From positions 19,220,001 through 19,284,000 of the forward strand of contig CM120642.1 in assembly GCA_051362555.1 (NCBI GenBank): DNA of 64,000 nt, written 5' to 3'. The notes under the pieces were generated by a model that made no database searches, had not been told where the DNA came from, and saw only the letters and a list, made by a program, of their open reading frames with translations. Each line of letters starts with the position of its first letter. Position 1 is the first letter of the stretch. Below are positions 60,863 through 64,000 of the stretch, in pieces. Source of the DNA: Lingula anatina. Its lineage: Eukaryota; Animalia; Brachiopoda. The translations under genes were made by a program, and so were the position numbers.

Positions 60863-62522
60863 CAACATTGGTCAAAAAGGTTGTCCCACCCCCATTTCCA
60901 TGTGCTTTCATTTACAAATGTTCACCTCACAGAGGTATATTGTTATAAACAGTGCTTTTTATACCAGATACCATGTCTAACATGATTAATGGTTCAAAAA
61001 ATACAAAATAGTGGTGTGAATATGCATATTTTATACCATTTAGTCAAATTCATAACAGGTACCCCCTCAAATCCAATATTTCACTGTTATTTCCACAGAT
61101 GTAAAGAAATGCCTATTAAATTGAAAAGACGCCATCAAATGTCACCAAATTTACACATAATTAGCATTAGGATGTGTTAGTTAAAGGTCACGTGCTTAAT
61201 AGCGTGTGCGTCTACTGTGTACTGCAATTATCTCCTGTAGATGGCACGACAAGCCTTTAACAAGGGTAAAAATTCTGTTTCGTGGGATATTATCCCATTC
61301 TTCCAAAATAGCTTGGGGGAGTTGGTCCACGTTTTTATGGGGTTGGTTCTCCTCTGCATTGCAAACTCCAATTCATGTCACAGTTTATTAGTAAGGTTAA
61401 TATCAGGGCTCAGAGATGGTAGTTCCATCCTTAGAACATTGTGTTTCTACAACAAATCACTTGCCAGGCGAGAAGTGTGAGCAAGTGTACTGTTATGATG
61501 AACCCTGGGGTTAACCCCAAAGTCAGTTCTTGAAGATGGGGTGAGATATCAGCTGAGAATGCTATGTTCAGTTATCCCACAGGGACCTGAACCTGGCCAT
61601 CCATCACTGGAAGGAAGTCGGTTTTGCTGCCGAATCAAATTATTTCTTGTATCCCATTGATGGTCAAATTAGGGTCTGTAGACATGTTGAAAAATGCCTC
61701 TTGGAAGGGTTTGTGCAGGATAATATCGCCTGAGGTGTTAGATCAGTCGGCAATTGGGGAACATTCCAAGCCCGTGGTTATTAGTACATTTTTCCTTCTG
61801 GAACAAAACGTAACTGGGGCATTTTACGGTAACATTCTCAATAGATAGCTGACTCTATTTGCAAGAAGTGACTTCAAGGATGCTACCGGCTTCATTGTGA
61901 CAACGCACTTGCTCACATCTCTCGTCTGGCAAGTGATTTGTTGTTGAAACACAAGGCTCTGAGGATGGGACAACCGTCTTTGAGCCCTGATATTAATCCT
62001 ACTGAGCCCCTGTGGCAATAATTGGAATGTGCATTGCAGAGGAGAACCAATTCCGAAATAATCTGGACCAACTCCGCCACGCTCTTTAGGATGGATGGGA
62101 CAATATCCCACAAAACAGAATTTTTACCCTTGTTGAAGGCTTGTCGCGCCATCTACATGAGATAATTGCAGTACACGGTAAACGCACACGCTATTAGGCA
62201 CGTGACCTTTAACGAGCAGATCCAAATGCTAATTATGTGTAAATTTGGTGACATTTGATGGCGTCTTTTCAATTTAATAGACAATTCTTTACATCTGTGG
62301 AAATCACAGTGAAACATTTGAGGGGGTACCTGTTATAAATTTGACTAAATGGTATAAAATGTGCATTTTCACACCACTATTTTGTGTTTTTTGAACCATT
62401 AATCATGTTAGACATGGTATCTAGAATAAAAAGCACTGTTTATTACAATATACCTCTGTGAGGTTAACATTAAATAAAAGCACGTGGAAATGGGGGTGGG
62501 ACAACCTTTTTGACCAATGTTG
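60863..62522. mobile_element. Fold-back Tc1 derivative with ~700-bp inverted arms
   Basis: Ends CAACATTGGTCAAAAAGGTTGTCCCACCCCCATTTCCA with TA flanks; 60863 to ~61565 pairs with ~61830-62522; arms contain transposase C-terminal remnants (HCDNALAH...SPDINPTEPLW). Confidence 0.88.
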
Positions 62523-63644
62523 TATAGTGAGCGAAACATTACAGAACAGCAGGTTTAAACTACAGCATGATGGCCAATATGTCGCCGGAAGTAAACCAAC
62601 GAAGGAGTTTGCACAGCCTGTAAATACTGTAAAACTACTTGATGATGTTTGCGGCATATATGCAAGGTAAAACACGCGTTACACTACTTACTCCGTAATT
62701 TTGTCTGCTGGGACCATCAAATGTGGATTTATAGCCATTTACATTGCCGTTGCACATAACAGATCCCTTCACCGTGACGAGATATGGATTGTCACCAAAC
62801 AAATGCAATGGACATTATAATCACTTCTATCTTTCTCACATGATGATTCGCAGAGTTGAGGTTAAGTTTTAGTTCTAAACTATGCAAAATGTCATTGGTG
62901 AAATAAATAAGCCTCTACTTTTTTCAGGACCCTAGCCAGGGGGGTCAGAAGAACGATGTTCAACTACCTTTGTGACACGATTTATCATATGTATAATCCG
63001 ATTCATTGAGATATGAATGCGAAATAATTCTTTTTTGAAAATTTTCCTCGTAATTTGCTAAAAATGCTCAATATCCCCTGGCGCCATGCAGTTTCATAAG
63101 AAACAAGCAGTCCTGTATACAGGGGAAGGGGGGGGGGGGTAAGAGAGGGCTTGAAAGAATCGCCATTTTGTACCGAAAAGCATTATTCTTATCAAATTTT
63201 GATTACAAAATTTCAAAGTGGATCAAATGAGGGGGTAAAAAGTCAATTTTCATTAAAAAAAATAATAACAGGCCTGATGAAGGATCACAAAACACAGCAG
63301 TTTTCGTCAATTAACATAGAAATATATTATATTTATATTTTGAATGTAAGGCCTGTCAGAACACAATTATATACTGTACTTAGAAGCCTATTGATGATGA
63401 GTTATCAAAGAACACCTGAAGTGATGTTTCGGATATAACGTAGACATAAACGGATAATTTTATGGCACTATTGTATGGATAGACAGTAACGTTAACGTTA
63501 TAAACCGAATCGAATGTGAGAAATACTTCGTTCTACTTTACTTTAACAGTGCCTTCAGTGTCACTGAGGGAATATTTTTGTCGGGGATAAGGTGGAGGCA
63601 AAAGATGGTGCAAAATAAGTTAATCTGATTTTAGATGTAACATC

Positions 63645-63730
63645 ATGTTGCGGTATTTTATACATTCTAGAACCTTGCACTTCTTGGTTGAGTGAACTCT
63701 TGTTCATGATGTGTAAAAATACTGACAAAG
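63645..63730 (+). pseudogene. Orphan homolog of the EF-hand gene terminal exon and 3' UTR start
   Basis: GTTGCGGTATTTTATACATTCTAG|AAC CTT GCA CTT CTT GGT TGA GTGAACTCTTG matches 18002-18069 with a 12-nt deletion. Confidence 0.7.
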
Positions 63731-63737
63731 AAATATA

Positions 63738-64000
63738 CAACATTGGTCAAAAAGGTTGTCCCACCCCCATTTCCGTGTACTTTTATTTACAAATGATCTC
63801 CTCACAGCTGTAAATTGTTAGAAATAGTGCTTTTTATTACAGACACCGTGTCTAACATGATAAATGGTTAAAACTAGTGGTGAAAATATACACATTTTAT
63901 ACCATTTAGTAAAATTTATAAGAGGTACCCCCTCAAATCCACTGTTTCACTGTGACTTCTACAGATGTAAAGAAGTGTCTATAAAATTGAAAAGACGTCA
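63738..64000. mobile_element. End of another copy of the 60863-62522 family, cut by the window edge
   Basis: TA + CAACATTGGTCAAAAAGGTTGTCCCACCCCC, colinear with 60863 to ~61135. Confidence 0.88.

Overview
AT-rich, intron-containing animal genomic DNA; lophotrochozoan/mollusc-like is my inference, and the species cannot be determined. The ORF track is mostly exon fragments, so gene models were built by hand from splice sites. (1) 1-22.5 kb is a head-to-tail tandem array (period about 9-11 kb) of a + strand gene for a secreted 243-aa protein with eight EF-hand-like loops. It has two intact copies (CDS 2027-7196 and 13009-18058), a third copy reduced to promoter plus exon 1, and the 3' flank of a further copy to the left. 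(2) 26.1-53.4 kb is a - strand gene for a type I membrane protein of about 1133 aa (signal-NIDO-IPT/TIG-AMOP-VWD[GDPH]-Sushi x2-TM; SUSD2/Mesh/MUC4 family). It has two alternative signal-peptide exons, a duplicated Sushi exon and a multiplied micro-exon. (3) Transposons are dense: four decayed Tc1 elements, PIF/Harbinger elements and MITEs, Ginger-like MITEs, a tRNA-SINE, L1/Tx1 LINE fragments, HINE-like repeats, a 3.9-kb P-superfamily-like element carrying spliced cargo, and a fold-back element made of two Tc1 right ends. The most unusual observations are a 216-bp inverted copy of an exon inside its own gene, exon-restricted amino-acid divergence between the EF-hand paralogs, the cargo-bearing P-like element and the dual conserved leader exons.
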